This document shows, piece after piece, positions 48,434 to 62,531 of a stretch of 64,000 nt of DNA (position 1 is the stretch's first letter; each line of letters opens with the position of its first letter). The position numbers and the translations under genes are program-made. The stretch comes from Octopus sinensis (lineage: Eukaryota), in NCBI RefSeq assembly GCF_006345805.1, contig NC_043011.1, forward strand, positions 32,934,464 through 32,998,463, written 5' to 3'. The notes under the pieces are model-generated. The model made no database searches. It was not told the origin of the DNA and saw only the letters and a program-made list of their open reading frames with translations.

Positions 48434-49645
48434 CTATGTTTGTATGTATTAATATTTTTACAACATAGTCACGATTGTTGAAAGGCATAATGTTTCTATA
48501 GTTGGTGTTTCTAAGTCGTAAGAATATGTAGCCCAGCATCTCTCTCTCTCTCTCTGGGAACATTTTGTCAATATGTTCTTCAAAATGAATTGGAGTAAAA
48601 TCAGTTATCAAACCACAACAACCTTGACAAACCTACAGAACCTGTCAGACAGCATTGTCGGTTATTTATTTTCCTAAATACTAGTTGTGTTGTTGTTAAT
48701 GTTATTTTGTTTATTACTGATAGGGGCTTGATATTTGGTATATAATGAATATCTACTATATCAGCTGTGAATAAAGAGTTTACTCCTACTACGTTTGACC
48801 TCAGAATTGTGGTTCACCGAATTATAATTCACGAAGTATCATACCACCACTTTTATTGTTGGTATGAGACTTGGTTACTTTAGCCATTGCGATCCTCCAT
48901 TGTCTTCTGGTGTGACTTAAGGGAGCCTTGATCACTGTTCTAAACCATTAAACTAACTACATACCTTTACTAACTTGGAAGTTCACAGCCTCTGCAGATA
49001 TTCATTCAACCAGTCACACATTTCACCGCCATCTTTGTCTCCCTTCTAATTTCTCTCACCCACCTTTGTATAATGCAGGGTTGCTGTATGTCTTCTCCAA
49101 AGCAAGACACAAGTGCTTGTCCTTCTGTCATGCTTTAGCCTTCAACACCTGACATAAAGCCACTTCTTCTCTCAAATACATTTCCATTCAGGTGAGAGGG
49201 CTTTTTCCTTTCTTTACTGTGTCTTGTAAGTTACTTGGTGATCTTACTAATATTGGTGTCACAGAAAAAACACCCAGTACACACTGTAAAGTGGTTGGTG
49301 TTAGGAATGACATTCAGCCTTAGAAAACCACATCGAAGCTGACATTGGGGGAGGGGAGGGTCTGACATAGCTCTGGTGTATGACTTTGTGCAGGACAATT
49401 AGGTTATGTTTACCTAATATTTTTATATTTTGAGTTCAAAATCTGCCGAGGCCTTCATCTTTCTGGAATCAATGATATTAGTCAAGTACTTGGTTTGATT
49501 TAATCATTTATACCTTTTCACATAATGGTAGGAATTGGGGATAATTTTCAGGCATTTTTTTTTGTCCTGTTTGATACCTTATGATGAAAGAAGTGTAGAG
49601 GTGGACATGATTGAGAGGGCTAAAGACATATCTTTCCCTCACTAG

Positions 49646-49713
49646 CCAAGATCTTAACTTTTTTCAAACACTATAAAGAGGAAGTTGACAGAATGCAAAA
49701 GGTTTGTCTTCAA
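49646..49713 (+). CDS. Candidate small internal exon (AKILTFFKHYKEEVDRMQKVCLQ)
   Basis: Acceptor ATCTTTCCCTCACTAG, donor CAA|GTAAGT, phase 1 to phase 0, open frame. Confidence 0.25.
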
Positions 49714-50229
49714 GTAAGTTTCTTTAAAAGTTTTTGTAGGCCCTAGTCAGACCTGATTAAACAGACCCAAATGACTAAGAGCTTTCCAATCCATAGCTCC
49801 ATATAATATGCCGTACCACCAGTTGTTCTGATTCCAAGAGGAAGCATTTACACAATCTCTTGATATGCTAGAAATGGTGACCAAATCTTCCTCTAACTTG
49901 ATTGTTGCTTTAAGTAAGAGTGAGGTAGGTGTTTGGTGTGGCTGAACAAACCTGTTTTAAATACGTAATTGTTAACCATGACCACAAGTGGGTGAACACG
50001 CTCTTTGTAATCTGAGAAATGTGGAATTTCACAATAGTTTTTAGGTACACATGCACTTACACTGTCACACACACACACACACACACACATTTACTTTTAT
50101 TGTACCTGTATTTATTTCTGTGTATTTTTTTCTAATTGTTTCGTATTTTTCACATACTAAAACCTTCTCAGTTTTATACTTTGTTGTGTTGCTTATTCAT
50201 TGTTCTTGTGACAAATAAAAGAGATCTTC

Positions 50230-51000
50230 AGAGCATCTGAAGGAATGTTTTACAATATTTGTTCTGGTTCTTTAAATTCTGAGTTCAAATCCTGCTGAGG
50301 TGAACTTTATCATTCACCTTGGGAGCAATAAAATAAAGTACCAGTCAAGTAACGGGGTTCATGATATTGACTAATCCCTTTCCCCAAATTTCAAGCCCTG
50401 TGTCCGTATTTAGAAACAATTATTATTAATCGCATTAACATTACCGTTGGACAATATGCTTTGCGGTATATCGTCTGACTCTTTACTTTCTGTGTTCAAT
50501 TCCTGCCTGGGTCTACTTTGCTTTTCATCCTTCCAGGGTTGATAAAATAGCATACAAGTTAAGTACTGGTATTGACTAATCTCTTCCCCTCAAAATTGAC
50601 GGCCTTATACCTAAATTAAAAACCATTATTAATTATCATAATTACAACAGTAGATTGGCAAAATCATTATAATGTCAGAAAAAATGCCTAGAAGTTTCAT
50701 TCTGGCTTTTTATATTCTGGGGTCAACTTTGTCTTTCATACAGGGTTTGATAAAGTAGCTGCCAAGTACTGGGATTGGTAGTTTCAACTAACACTCTCTC
50801 TTTCCAAAAGTTCAGGCTTTTTGCTTATATTAAAATCAATCATTATTAGTATCACTATGTTAGATTTTAAATACTTTGCCATATTTTGTTTTATCCTTTT
50901 ATTTTTTTTATATAGGATTCAAATCTTATTGAAGTCAAGTTCACCTTTCATCATTTTTGGGTCAACAAAATAAGTACTGGGGTCATTAGAATTAACTGTA
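50230..51000 (+). mobile_element. Cluster of about four old same-orientation SINE-C-like relics
   Basis: Repeated TTCTGAGTTCAAAT...CTTTCATC...GATAAAAT-AAGTAC signatures at ~50.28, 50.49, 50.72 and 50.94 kb. Confidence 0.65.
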
Positions 51001-51694
51001 TTCTTTCTGCTTATTCATAAAATGTTTATATTTTTGGTCGTATTTAGTGGTGAGAAATAGGAGTAAGGCTTTCCCATTGAACAGCTGAAGTGCGGCTACT
51101 TCTGCTTGTCAGTGTTAATGTCTGTGAGGATGGGAAAGAAAGAAAGGAAGCGATTTACTTCTGAGGAAGGTTTCAGAAATGACTGTTGAGACATAACAGG
51201 GATAATGAGAAGTGGAGGAAGACGAAAGACAAATAGATCATACAAATCGTATACACCACCATCCACACCCAATCAGTAGTGGGTGTGGATGGTAGTAAAT
51301 GATTTGTATGATCAGATGAGAAGAGGTCTTTGTAGTCACAATAGGAAGAGCACATTTCAATGTGTTAATGTTTACAGTGTGTTGGTGAGTGAAGGTTTGT
51401 CAATCAATCAAATGGCTTATTCTTGGATTCAGTCCAATGTATGCTTGCAGCAACAGCAGCAGCAGTAGTGATGTTGTGGTGGTAGTAGTGGCAGTGGTGG
51501 TGAAACTACTATGTAAGTGAACTTTAACGTTAAGATGCACTTCTGTTTTGGTGAAAGTCTGCAACTTTTAAGAGCTGACGTATTTTCTGTCCCTGAGGAG
51601 AGAATCTAAATTTGTCGTGCAGTCTCGGTTATGTTAGTGATGGGTGGTTATCATGGAATGTCTGTGGCATTTCTGATAACTAGTTTTCTTTTTT

Positions 51695-52466
51695 TATCTT
51701 TTACTTATTTCAGTCATTGGATTGTGGGTATGCTGTAGTCGATCAAATCAACCCCGGTATTTAATTTCAAGTCTAGTTCTTACTCTTTCAGTCTCCTTTG
51801 CTGAAACACTAAGTTATGGATATGGAAACACACTAACACTAGCTGTCAAGCATTGCGAGGGACACACACACACACTCATACACACGTGTGCGGCAGGCTT
51901 TCTTACAGTCTTGTCTATTGAATTAACTCACAAGGTAATGGTCAGTTCATGTCTAGTAGAAGATACTTGCCCAAGGTCCTACTAAGTGGGACTGAACCCA
52001 AAACCATGTGAATGCAAAGCAAGCTCCTTAATCACACAAACATTCATGCAGAGTTTGTGTGTAGATTCGAGTTGAGGGTTATTCATGTTTAAAAAGGATT
52101 ATAGTATTGTGTGTTTCTTTGTATGGCTGTGTGGTTAAGAAGCTCACTTTGCAACCATGTAATTTTGGATTTCTGTTCCACTGCATGGCACCTTGGGCAT
52201 GTGTCTTCTTTTATAGCCCTGGGCCAACCAATACTGTATAAAAGCCCATTGTATATATTCTTTTATTTGTTTCAGTCGTTTGACTGTGGCGATGGTGGAG
52301 CACCGCCTTTAGTTGAACAAATCGACTCCAGGATTTATTCTTTGTAAGCCTGATATTTATTCTATTGGTCTCTTTTGCTGAACCACTAAGTTACGGGGAT
52401 GCAAACACACCAACATCGGCTGTCAAGTGATGGTGCAAGGACAAACACTGTCACACACACACACAC

Positions 52467-52529
<63 letters not shown>

Positions 52530-52705
52530 GTATTTATATTTTCGATGGGCTCCTTTCAGTTTCCGCCTACCAAATTGACTCACAAGGCTTTGGTCAGCTC
52601 AAGGCTATAGTAGAAGACACTTGCCTGAGGTGCCACACAATGGGACTGAACCCAGAACCATGTAGTTCGGAAGCAAGCTTCTTACCACATACCCATGCCT
52701 GTGCC
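51695..52705 (-). mobile_element. Two SINE family A copies (minus) plus a plus-strand head fragment at ~52110-52230
   Basis: Family signatures. Confidence 0.8.
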
Positions 52706-53164
52706 TATACATATGTTTGTGTTGTTTCCCCCACCACCACTCCAAAACTTGTGCTGTTTTGTTTATGTCCCTGTAACCAGACTTTAAAAAATAAAAGAAG
52801 AAAACATAAAAAATAAAAGAAAAAAGAAAACAATAAGCACCGGGGTCAATTTGTTTGACTAACCTTTCAAGGCAATGTCCTAGTATGGCGACAGTCCAGT
52901 GACTGAAACAAGTAAAAGATAAAAAAAAGAGATATAGATATGTTATGACTGTGTGTGTTCAGTGGAGTGTATATTTTTTGGAAGGTCACTGTTAATGAAA
53001 AGTTGTTCATGTCACGTATTACAAGATGAGTAATATCATGTGTGTGTGTGTGTGTGTGAAACAGGTTGTACTAAGGTGAAAGTTTAAGGTGCCTGCATAA
53101 TTGTAGCCAGAGGTATGCTTGAATTGATAGGATGAGGTGTTGGAGATAGCCCTATCAATACATA

Positions 53165-54006
53165 CAAGGTGGGTGGAAAGTAGGCATTAAAAATTGGTAA
53201 TAAAATCCATATTCCTTTTACAAATTTATTGAAACAAATGAATACATGTTCTTTATTACATAGGAAAATGAAAGTAAATCTTCATATTTCAATGTAAGCA
53301 CCAGTGGTGTCAACTAGTTTACTCAAACGTCCAGAGTTGGAATGAACAACTTTCTAAAGGACCTGGGATATCATTGAGAACCTCTTGAAGTCCTCCAGTG
53401 TGCAAGGTTTTGTCTTGTACACCTCTTTTGTGTAACCCCACAGGTAAAAATCACATGGAGTGAGATTTGGACTTCTTGGAGTTCTGAAGTTCTGTGGTCA
53501 CAGTCTTCAGGTTTTAGTTCCTGCATGTAATGGAGTTTCCACAGACAAAAATTCAGTTCTTTAGGTAATACTGTACGTATTGTGTCGTGTTAGTCTACTT
53601 TCATGAGCTGCTTGACGTGTTGATTTTTTGCAGGCTACAATTAAGCATTTCCTGCACTGTTGCCACATTCTTTGCTGATCAGGATGTGGTTGGACGGCCA
53701 CTTCTTCTTGCATTGTTCATAGAGCCCATGAACAACTTTTTATTGTCTCTGGATGCAGAGTTGCATGCTTACCTTTCCATGCATGCCACTATCTCTGAAC
53801 AAAAACAATGGAATTCCACACATCATAGCATGCTGCTTAGTTCACTCCTGAACAGTCAAGTGACCAGCCATTGGGAAAATAAGAAATAAGACAATAACAA
53901 ATCCCCATTAGTGTTGTCTGTTTAAAAAATATTTTCGTCATGACTTCAGTGATACTAAAAGTTCTATAAGCAATTTCTAATGCCTAGTTACTTTCCACTT
54001 ACCCTG
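53165..54006 (-). mobile_element. Internally deleted Tc1/mariner-superfamily element with imperfect TIRs and TA TSD
   Basis: CAAGGTGGGTGGAAAGTAGGCATTAAAAATTG versus reverse-complement CAGGGTAAGTGGAAAGTAACTAGGCATTAGAAATTG; relic motifs RSGRPTT and PRSPNLTPCDFYLWGYTK. Confidence 0.85.
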
Positions 54007-56382
54007 TATTGTGATAATGAGCTAACTGGAATCTTCTAATTTAGGCCATATTTCAGTTGTTAATAATTTTTCTTTGAAAAAACCGCAATTACTTAGGGAC
54101 ACCATCTGAAGGATTTCTAATGAGACTGAAACATGTCTGTTGTACTTGCTAAAAATGATTGAAGTAACACAGGGCTATTTATCTGGCAGGTTTGAGATTG
54201 GGGAGTGTCTTGGACTTCTTGATTTTTGCCAGTTTTCTGGAGAAAGTCTAAATATATATTCAAAATATAAAATAAACTATGAAAAGCAAAGAGCTAAATT
54301 GTATTTAAGAAGTGTCCAACCGATGCTAGCATGGAAAGCGGATGTTAAACGATGATGATGATGATGATGATATTCACAATATTCCTCCTAAACAGGACAC
54401 CTGCTCATCACAGAATTACTCATTTGCAGCTGAGTGGACTAGGCTAGAGCAGTGTGAAATGAAGTATTTTACTCAAGAACACAAAGCACCATCCAGTGTG
54501 AACCTGAGTAACTAATATGCCATGCATCTTCACTCTTTGAATCATTAGAGAGTAAGAAATAAATGCCTTGTCATGACATTTAGTATTCTGAGTTCAAATC
54601 CTGAATGTTAATGTTGGTTTTCATCCATCTGGGAGCAATAAAATAAAATACAGTGAAACCTCAGTTTGCAAACACTAAACGTCTTGGGTAAAGAATGGTG
54701 TCTCAAATAACAGACACAACAGCCCACAACGACAGTGTATTGGTGGGAGAGTCAGATGCCATCTAGCTTTTGCTCAGTGCCCTTCCTTGCTCAAATTTAT
54801 CATGCCTTTACTTGAATTTCCTTTAGGGAAAAATAGGTGATGAACAGCTTTCAGGAATGAATTAAATTCATAAACTGAGATTCAGCTGTACTTATACAAT
54901 GGTAGGGTTGATCTAATTCATCATACCTTCCCTCAAAATGTATGACCTCAAGAAAATGTTAATATTCAATATTTAAAGCATGCCATGAATACATATCACA
55001 ATGTAGATATGTTTTAGCATTATGGAAATGATACATCCAGCATTTTACCTGGCTTATCTATTTAAATGTTAAAACAGGTTAAGTAAATAAATTAGCTAAA
55101 GTATGAAACAAATGGGATAGTTTGAGTAATTAATTGTAGATTTGTGAAATGCGTTATAGGCGTGAAGCTGCAAGCCAATAAAGGACAATTTATCAAGTTA
55201 GTCAACATATTCAAAGTAATGAATAAAAGACAATAGTAGCTTAATGACTAATACAACACCCAGCCACTTATCTGGTTTCTGGAAATCCCATATTACCAGA
55301 GATCTGGGAATATTGTGCAATATCATGCAATATACTGTACTCTGTATTGAGTAAACACCCAGTTTTTGAAGTTGGCTAATTTACAAGCAGTGTGTTAAAA
55401 ATAGTTTTATTCTCTTTTCTGTATGGGTTGACAAATATTAAACATAGTCTACAAGTGTATTAATTTGTACATGTATCTATTAAATAAAATCATCTTTTTT
55501 TTCATTTAATTTTCATCTTGTAAGCATTATATTGTACACATGTTACAGTATGATATATTTTAAGAATTTTATGTGAATTGATAAATATCAAAAATCCTTG
55601 CTTTAGAATATTGTGATCTTGGTCACTTATTTACCACAGAAAGTGGGCAACCAGTCCCATGAATCCTAGCTCCTCAAGACAGTAATACCCAAGACTTGAT
55701 GATGGTGAATGGTTCAAGTGATCCACACATATTGATTCACTGTAACATTACCATACCATATCAGGTTACAGAGATGCTGATTACAGTCAAGTGGAAGGGC
55801 TCTTTAGAGTTAACAATAGACACTACAATGTAACACTACTTCATCTCAGGAGGATATAAACCACCTCCTCTTCAACTATCGTCAGTTTCCTGCTATCATT
55901 AAATGTATGAAAATTTCAGTATCTTACAGAGTGACATGTCTGAACGTGCCACTGGCATATTCGAACTGGCAAATAACATTGCATTTTAGTATCTCTCCCT
56001 TTTCTTCCAAACTTCTTGTGTAAATTTTTAACAAGCACTTAGTCATGTGGCTGACTAACTGGTCATATAACAAACACGTTGAAGGGGGTTTAATGGTTCT
56101 TTTTCAGTTTATATGACACAAGTAGTTTTCTAGGAATATAGTCAAATCATGAAATTTATAATGACACAACTGGAGGATGAATTGCATACAATTAGGATAT
56201 AAACTAATTAGGCATAACTATGCAGTTAAGTAGTTTTACTTTGCAACCACATTCTTCTGGATTTTATTCAGTTGTCTGGCCCCATGGGAAAGCATCTTCT
56301 CTTGTAGCCTTGGGCTGACCATTTCCTTGTAAGTGAAACTTTATAGATGGAAATCATTGGCGTGTGAGTTTGTGTTGTCCCT

Positions 56383-56787
56383 AGGCATAGGAGTGGCTGT
56401 GTGGTAAGTAGCTTGCTTATGAACCACATGGTTCCGGGTTCAGTCCCACTGCGTGACACCTTGGGCAAGTGTCTTCTACTATAGCCTCAGGCCGACCAAA
56501 GCCTTGTGAGTGGATTTGGTAGACGGAAACTGAAAGCAGCCCGTTGTATATATGTGTATATATATATATATATATGTTTGTGTGTCTGTGTTTGTACCCC
56601 CAACATCACTTGACAACCGATGCTGGTGTGTTTATGTCCCCGTAACATAGCGGTTCGGCAAAAGAGACCGATAGAATAAGTACTAGGCTTACAAAGAATA
56701 AGTCCTGGGGTTGATTTGCTCGACTAAAGGTGGTGCTCCAGCATGGCCACAGTCAAATGACTGAAACAAGTAAAAGAGTAAAGAGTA
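56383..56787 (+). mobile_element. SINE family A, full length (reference copy); CORE-like
   Basis: A-box TGGCTGTGTGG, B-box GGTTCAGTCCC, CCTTGGGCAAGTGTCTT resembling the CORE domain of CORE-SINEs, internal (TA)n, AAAAGAGT tail. Confidence 0.92.
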
Positions 56788-57361
56788 TCCCATTCACTTG
56801 TTTTACTATCCCCATCCTCTTCACAGCCACTCTCTTGTATTTTCAAGATACATTCTGACACTTTATCAGGACCATCCTTTTCTCTCCTTTTCCAGCTGGG
56901 GTAGCCATGTGTTATCTCTACAACAAGACATACTATTGCTTCTCAACATCTGGCATAAGCCATCTCCCCCAATACAACCTCCTCCCCCACTTCACCCAGG
57001 GATAGGAGTAGGAGGGGCCTGGTAACATGAAAAAGCAATCACTACACTATACAGTGGTTAGTGTTAGAAAGAGCATCCAGCCATAAAATTGGGGTTCATC
57101 ATAGCCCTTGGATCTGTTGGATCCTGTCAAACCATCCACCATTCCAGCATGGAATACAGACATGAAATGATGAGGATGGTGGTACTTTTACTTATTTCAG
57201 ACATTCAACATGTCAGTTCATAACTTATTAGCTTCTCTAGTACATTAGTTGTACCTTAACATCTCCATTGCTACACAGATTGAGATTCCACTACAGTTTT
57301 TTTTTTATCTATGTTGTTTAGAGCACACAACACTGGGTCCTTGTCTTGCTCTCTCTTCTTT

Positions 57362-57404
<43 letters not shown>

Positions 57405-58257
57405 TGATTGATGCTGTTTTCCCAGCTGCTGCTATGATATATTCATCTCTGTGCTTCCTAACTTAAATTTTAACAATCTTCTGAAGTCTGCATTCTGCTG
57501 AGAAAAGAGAAGGAATGAAAGAAAATAACAATGTAGTGTATTATCAAAAGATGAAATATTCATATTAACATTTATCTCTCATTGATCTGATTTCACTTTC
57601 CTTAATTTTCCCTGAAGTTACTTAGTGCCTATCTATCCAAAATCATTTGCTTCAGCTAGACTTATGTGTGTTTTACTAGGTATATATAACCAGATGGTGC
57701 CTGTCTTCTCTCCGGATCCAATAAATCCTTCGCTTATCTGTAAGAGGCTCTTCCACTCTTTTATTTTTTAATCCCCCACAGGGCTTTCACATCTAGTAAA
57801 CTGGGTGTTGGAGGAAGAGGAGAGAATTTGATCTGACTTGCTGTAAAGACCTTCAAATCGAGACATCCTCCCATCAATGTAATAATGCCAGTATCAAATC
57901 TGTTTTGGTGCTTCATTGAAATTGAGATTTTTTTTATTTTCTTAAACTTCCTAATTTTTTTGTTTCTATAGAATTTATTGATTGTTAGTTCCTGGGGCAT
58001 TTCAATGAAATTCTTGTTTCTGTTTGTTGGAAGCATTCACCACTTGTCTAGTAGTTACTTATTTTCTTTGAAATTATTTTTGTGAGTTGTATCTGTGTTG
58101 GTGACCATGGGAAATATAACCTTGCTTGAAAACAGGTAAACATTGGTAATAGGAGGGTTGTTTGACTGTAGAAAATCTGCCTCCTTCCTCAGTAAATTCC
58201 GTCTAACCCATAGAAGCATGAGAAAGTAGATATTGAATGAGGATGATGCCATCATAT

Positions 58258-58615
58258 ACAGGCGCAGGTGTGGCTTTGTGTTAAGAAGCTTACTTCCCAA
58301 CCACATGGTTCTGGATTCAGTCCCACTGCGTGGCACCTTCGGCAGGTGACTTCTACTATAGCCTTGAGCTGACTAAAGCCTTGTGAATAGATTTGGTAGA
58401 CAGAAACTGATGGTGTGTGTCTGTGTTTGCCCCCATCACTGCTTGATAACTGGTGGTGTTGTATTTATGACTGTGTAACTTAGCAGTTTGGCAAAAAAAC
58501 GACTGATAAAATAGGTACCAGGCTTGAAAAAAATAAGTACTTGGGTTGATTTGATCGACTAAAAGTCCTTCAAGGCATTGCCTCAGTATGGCTGCAGTCT
58601 AATGACTGAAACAGA
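58258..58615 (+). mobile_element. SINE family A (older)
   Basis: Head AGGCGCAGGTGTGGCT through tail. Confidence 0.85.
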
Positions 58616-59159
58616 TATGTGTGTGTTTATGATTCACATCCTTTCTTCAGAAGGGTCCCTCTATGTGAACATTCAACCAGCTAGAAATAACTGCCAAATC
58701 TCATGGAAATCAATCCTACCATCTTAAAAAAGAAGCATAACACCTTGCATAATATAGACTTTGATATATAACATCACAAAAGAAATAAAATGAAAGATAG
58801 TATGTTTGAAGTGCTTTTGATCATAGGTCTGTTCAGTCAGAGCAATACAATTCTGTAGTTCAAATCATATAACTCCAAATAATTACCAAGATTAAATAAT
58901 ATTTTTCATGGTTGCAAGCCAAAATCACAATTTGCTACGTTTCATTAGCTGGCTGCGTTTAATTTAAAACACTTCCACTAGTCGTTTAGTTTGTGGAGAT
59001 GTGAGCTGTGTCAGGCTGTCTTGTTTTAAAAACAAGCTCTTTAGTTGTGTTTCTATAAATCCAATAATCCCATGTCATCTATTTTGTTTCTTATGAAAAG
59101 TTTACTATATATGCATGTGTGTGTGTATATATATATATATAAAAACATTCATTCTTATA

Positions 59160-59830
59160 TTATTGCGGCGTTACGTGCACCCCCCCGTTTGTTTGTTCAA
59201 TTTAAAACCCCGCACGACTTCTATACACACTGTCTTTCCTACCCGCCATTGCTTCTTCACCAAACTTTTTGGCGCCCTCCGATTCTTCCCCTCTCTTCCT
59301 CCCATCCTCCTCCCCTCTTCCTCCCATCCTCCTTAATCCCTTCTTTCTCCTTTTCTCTTGGTCACTGATTCTGTCCCCTGCCTTCCACCCTCTTTGATTC
59401 CCTCTCTCTCTGTCTCTCTCTCTCCTGCAACCTGCTGCTTCTTAAACCATTCTGTTGGCCATCGTATCTCGACCAACATGTGTCCCCGCTACCGAAACGG
59501 TAATTATTTCTACGCCAGCTATGTTGTTGCTGTTTTTGTCTCATTTGGTCTAAAGTCGTATGACAACCACCGTTATATATATTTTGTTTATTCATTACTG
59601 TTTTCAATTTCGTTTTCGTCTCTTGTATTTACATCCGTCTTGTGCGTTCACATTCCTGTCTTCTACCAAGAAATCTAATGCTTACAGCTTAGTTTTTTTT
59701 CTTGGGGCTGGCCGAGTTGGAGCAAATATCAGAATTGAACAGCCGAAATTTGCTATGATGATTCGGTGTCTGACTGAAGATTGAAGGCTTCGAATGATTT
59801 GTCTGTGTTCCGTGTTCGTCCCTTCCTGTA
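59160..59830 (+). repeat. Unclassified CpG-rich repeat, possibly a Penelope-type 3' region
   Basis: End CAGCCGAAATT...GACTGAAGATTGAAGGCTTCGAATG is shared with the minus-strand copy at ~17040-17123. Confidence 0.45.
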
Positions 59831-59862
59831 TTTCACGTTCATTATATATAAAAACATTCATT

Positions 59863-59909
<47 letters not shown>

Positions 59910-60574
59910 ATGTATATCATCATCATCATTTAACGTCTGCTTTCCATGCTAGCATGGGTTGGATGGTTCAACTGGGGTCTGTGAAGCCAGAAGGCTGCTT
60001 CAGGCCCAGTCTGATCTGGCAGCGTTTCTACGGCTGGATGCCCTTCCTAACGCCAACCACTCCGTGAGTGTAGTGGGTGCTATATATATATATATATATA
60101 AGCAAAGTAGTTAGTTCTAAAATGTCTATTAGAGGTGTAAGTAGTAACAATACTGCAAAGTGGTGTTTGTTGCCACTTCAAAATGATAGTAACGTAGTTC
60201 TGTACTGAGCAACCATGTTGAAGTGACAACAAACATTCCTTTTCAATATTGTTACTACTTAATCTCTTATGGAGATTTTAGAACAAGCTACTTTGCTTGT
60301 TGCAAAATCAGTGGCTGAATGTCATTTGTTTTTGCAAGCTGGGACAAACGACTGCCATGTCTAGCAGGCAGTTCCCTGTATTGACAAAGGGAAATATCCT
60401 GAAGCCAGACTGGTATACTGGTCCTGTCATTGCTAGATGGTAAGGGTTTGCTCCCCTGTTTGCAATATATTGGACACAGGTTGTGTCAATAATCAGCTGG
60501 AGGAGGTGTCCTCTTGGGGTTAAAAAAATTGTAGTAATATAGTTCCATATGGAACAGCCATGTTGATGTGGCCA

Positions 60575-60582
60575 CAAACGTT

Positions 60583-60636
<54 letters not shown>

Positions 60637-61486
60637 AAGTAATTAAGATTCATTTGTATTAAGTACTTAAGTTGAAGCACCAAGTGAGTCCCACACACAG
60701 CTTGAAGTTGAATAAACCTTTCACTGGTAACAGCATCATGAATTAATGCCACCCCTACCCTACCTCTTTTATAGACATTTACTGCTATCTAATTGACTCT
60801 TTCTAAAGCTTTGTTTCTTTTTCTTGTGGGTTGAGGGGTACCTGTGACAGTATGAAATTTATGACCAACAGCCAGCTGTGAGCTGTCAATTTCCTTTTTA
60901 TTGTAAATGTATGCAGTCTTCTTGTCTTAGATTTTTATTGATGACAGAGATTAATTGGAAATGACCCCCCACTGTGGGTCATCCATGCCACTCTAAAATT
61001 TGTTTGTTCTTCTCTTAGCTATTCTTGCTACAATAGTGACAACATGAAATTCTTCCATCCTTTTGCTCTGTTAAAATATTTAAGAAAAAATATATTAATA
61101 TATCTTGTCTGTTGAAAATCCATATTTGTGTGGCTGAAGATAGCGCTGCATTTAAATGGTTGTAATGATTACATAGTTCAGTTAAAAGGAGCCGATTGAA
61201 ATGGTCATACTGCTTTACTGTTTGACATCATCATCGTTTAACATCTGTTTTCCATGCTGGTATGGGTTGGATGGTTCGACTGGAGTCTGGGAAGCCAGAA
61301 GGCTGCACTAGGCTCCAGTCTGATCTAACAGTGTTCCTACAGCTGGATGCCTTTCCTAACGCCAACCATTCCGAGAGTGTAGTGAGTGCCTTTTTAAGTG
61401 CCACCGGCACAGGGGCCAGGAGGCACTGGTATCGATCATGATCGGATGGTGCATTTTATGTGCCACGGGCACAGAACGTGCCTTGT

Positions 61487-61552
<66 letters not shown>

Positions 61553-62402
61553 AAGTAATTAAGATTCATTTGTATTAAGTACTTAAGTTGAAGCACCAAG
61601 TGAGTCCCACACACAGCTTGAAGTTGAATAAACCTTTCACTGGTAACAGCATCATGAATTAATGCCACCCCTACCCTACCTCTTTTATAGACATTTACTG
61701 CTATCTAATTGACTCTTTCTAAAGCTTTGTTTCTTTTTCTTGTGGGTTGAGGGGTACCTGTGACAGTATGAAATTTATGACCAACAGCCAGCTGTGAGCT
61801 GTCAATTTCCTTTTTATTGTAAATGTATGCAGTCTTCTTGTCTTAGATTTTTATTGATGACAGAGATTAATTGGAAATGACCCCCCACTGTGGGTCATCC
61901 ATGCCACTCTAAAATTTGTTTGTTCTTCTCTTAGCTATTCTTGCTACAATAGTGACAACATGAAATTCTTCCATCCTTTTGCTCTGTTAAAATATTTAAG
62001 AAAAAATATATTAATATATCTTGTCTGTTGAAAATCCATATTTGTGTGGCTGAAGATAGCGCTGCATTTAAATGGTTGTAATGATTACATAGTTCAGTTA
62101 AAAGGAGCCGATTGAAATGGTCATACTGCTTTACTGTTTGACATCATCATCGTTTAACATCTGTTTTCCATGCTGGTATGGGTTGGATGGTTCGACTGGA
62201 GTCTGGGAAGCCAGAAGGCTGCACTAGGCTCCAGTCTGATCTAACAGTGTTCCTACAGCTGGATGCCTTTCCTAACGCCAACCATTCCGAGAGTGTAGTG
62301 AGTGCCTTTTTAAGTGCCACCGGCACAGGGGCCAGGAGGCACTGGTATCGATCATGATCGGATGGTGCATTTTATGTGCCACCGGCACAGAACGTGCCTT
62401 GT

Positions 62403-62447
<45 letters not shown>
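60575..62447 (+). repeat. Near-identical tandem duplication, period 916 bp, bounded by (TA)n tracts
   Basis: Unique parts 60635-61490 and 61551-62406; only one difference seen (61467 G versus 62383 C); each unit ends in an RTE tail. Confidence 0.95.
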
Positions 62448-62450
<3 letters not shown>

Positions 62451-62531
62451 TGAATTTATGGAATGAAGTCCCATAAAACCCATCAAGTTAGTTAAAAATG
62501 TTGAAATATATAAGAAGTTTAATTCTTGCAG

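Noticed and set aside
51140-51640. CTGAGGA motifs at ~51162 and ~51593 as hammerheads
   Set aside because: Stem II or the GAAAC strand is missing or too degenerate.
55650-55835. 57-codon open frame (…NGSSDPHILIHCNITIPYQ…)
   Set aside because: Weak splice sites; open frames of this length are expected by chance in 64 kb.
60308-60577. Open frames on both strands (minus 89 aa; plus candidate exon ending at GTAAGG)
   Set aside because: No homology recognised, and the plus candidate's phase-2 end is incompatible with the better-supported 62532 exon.
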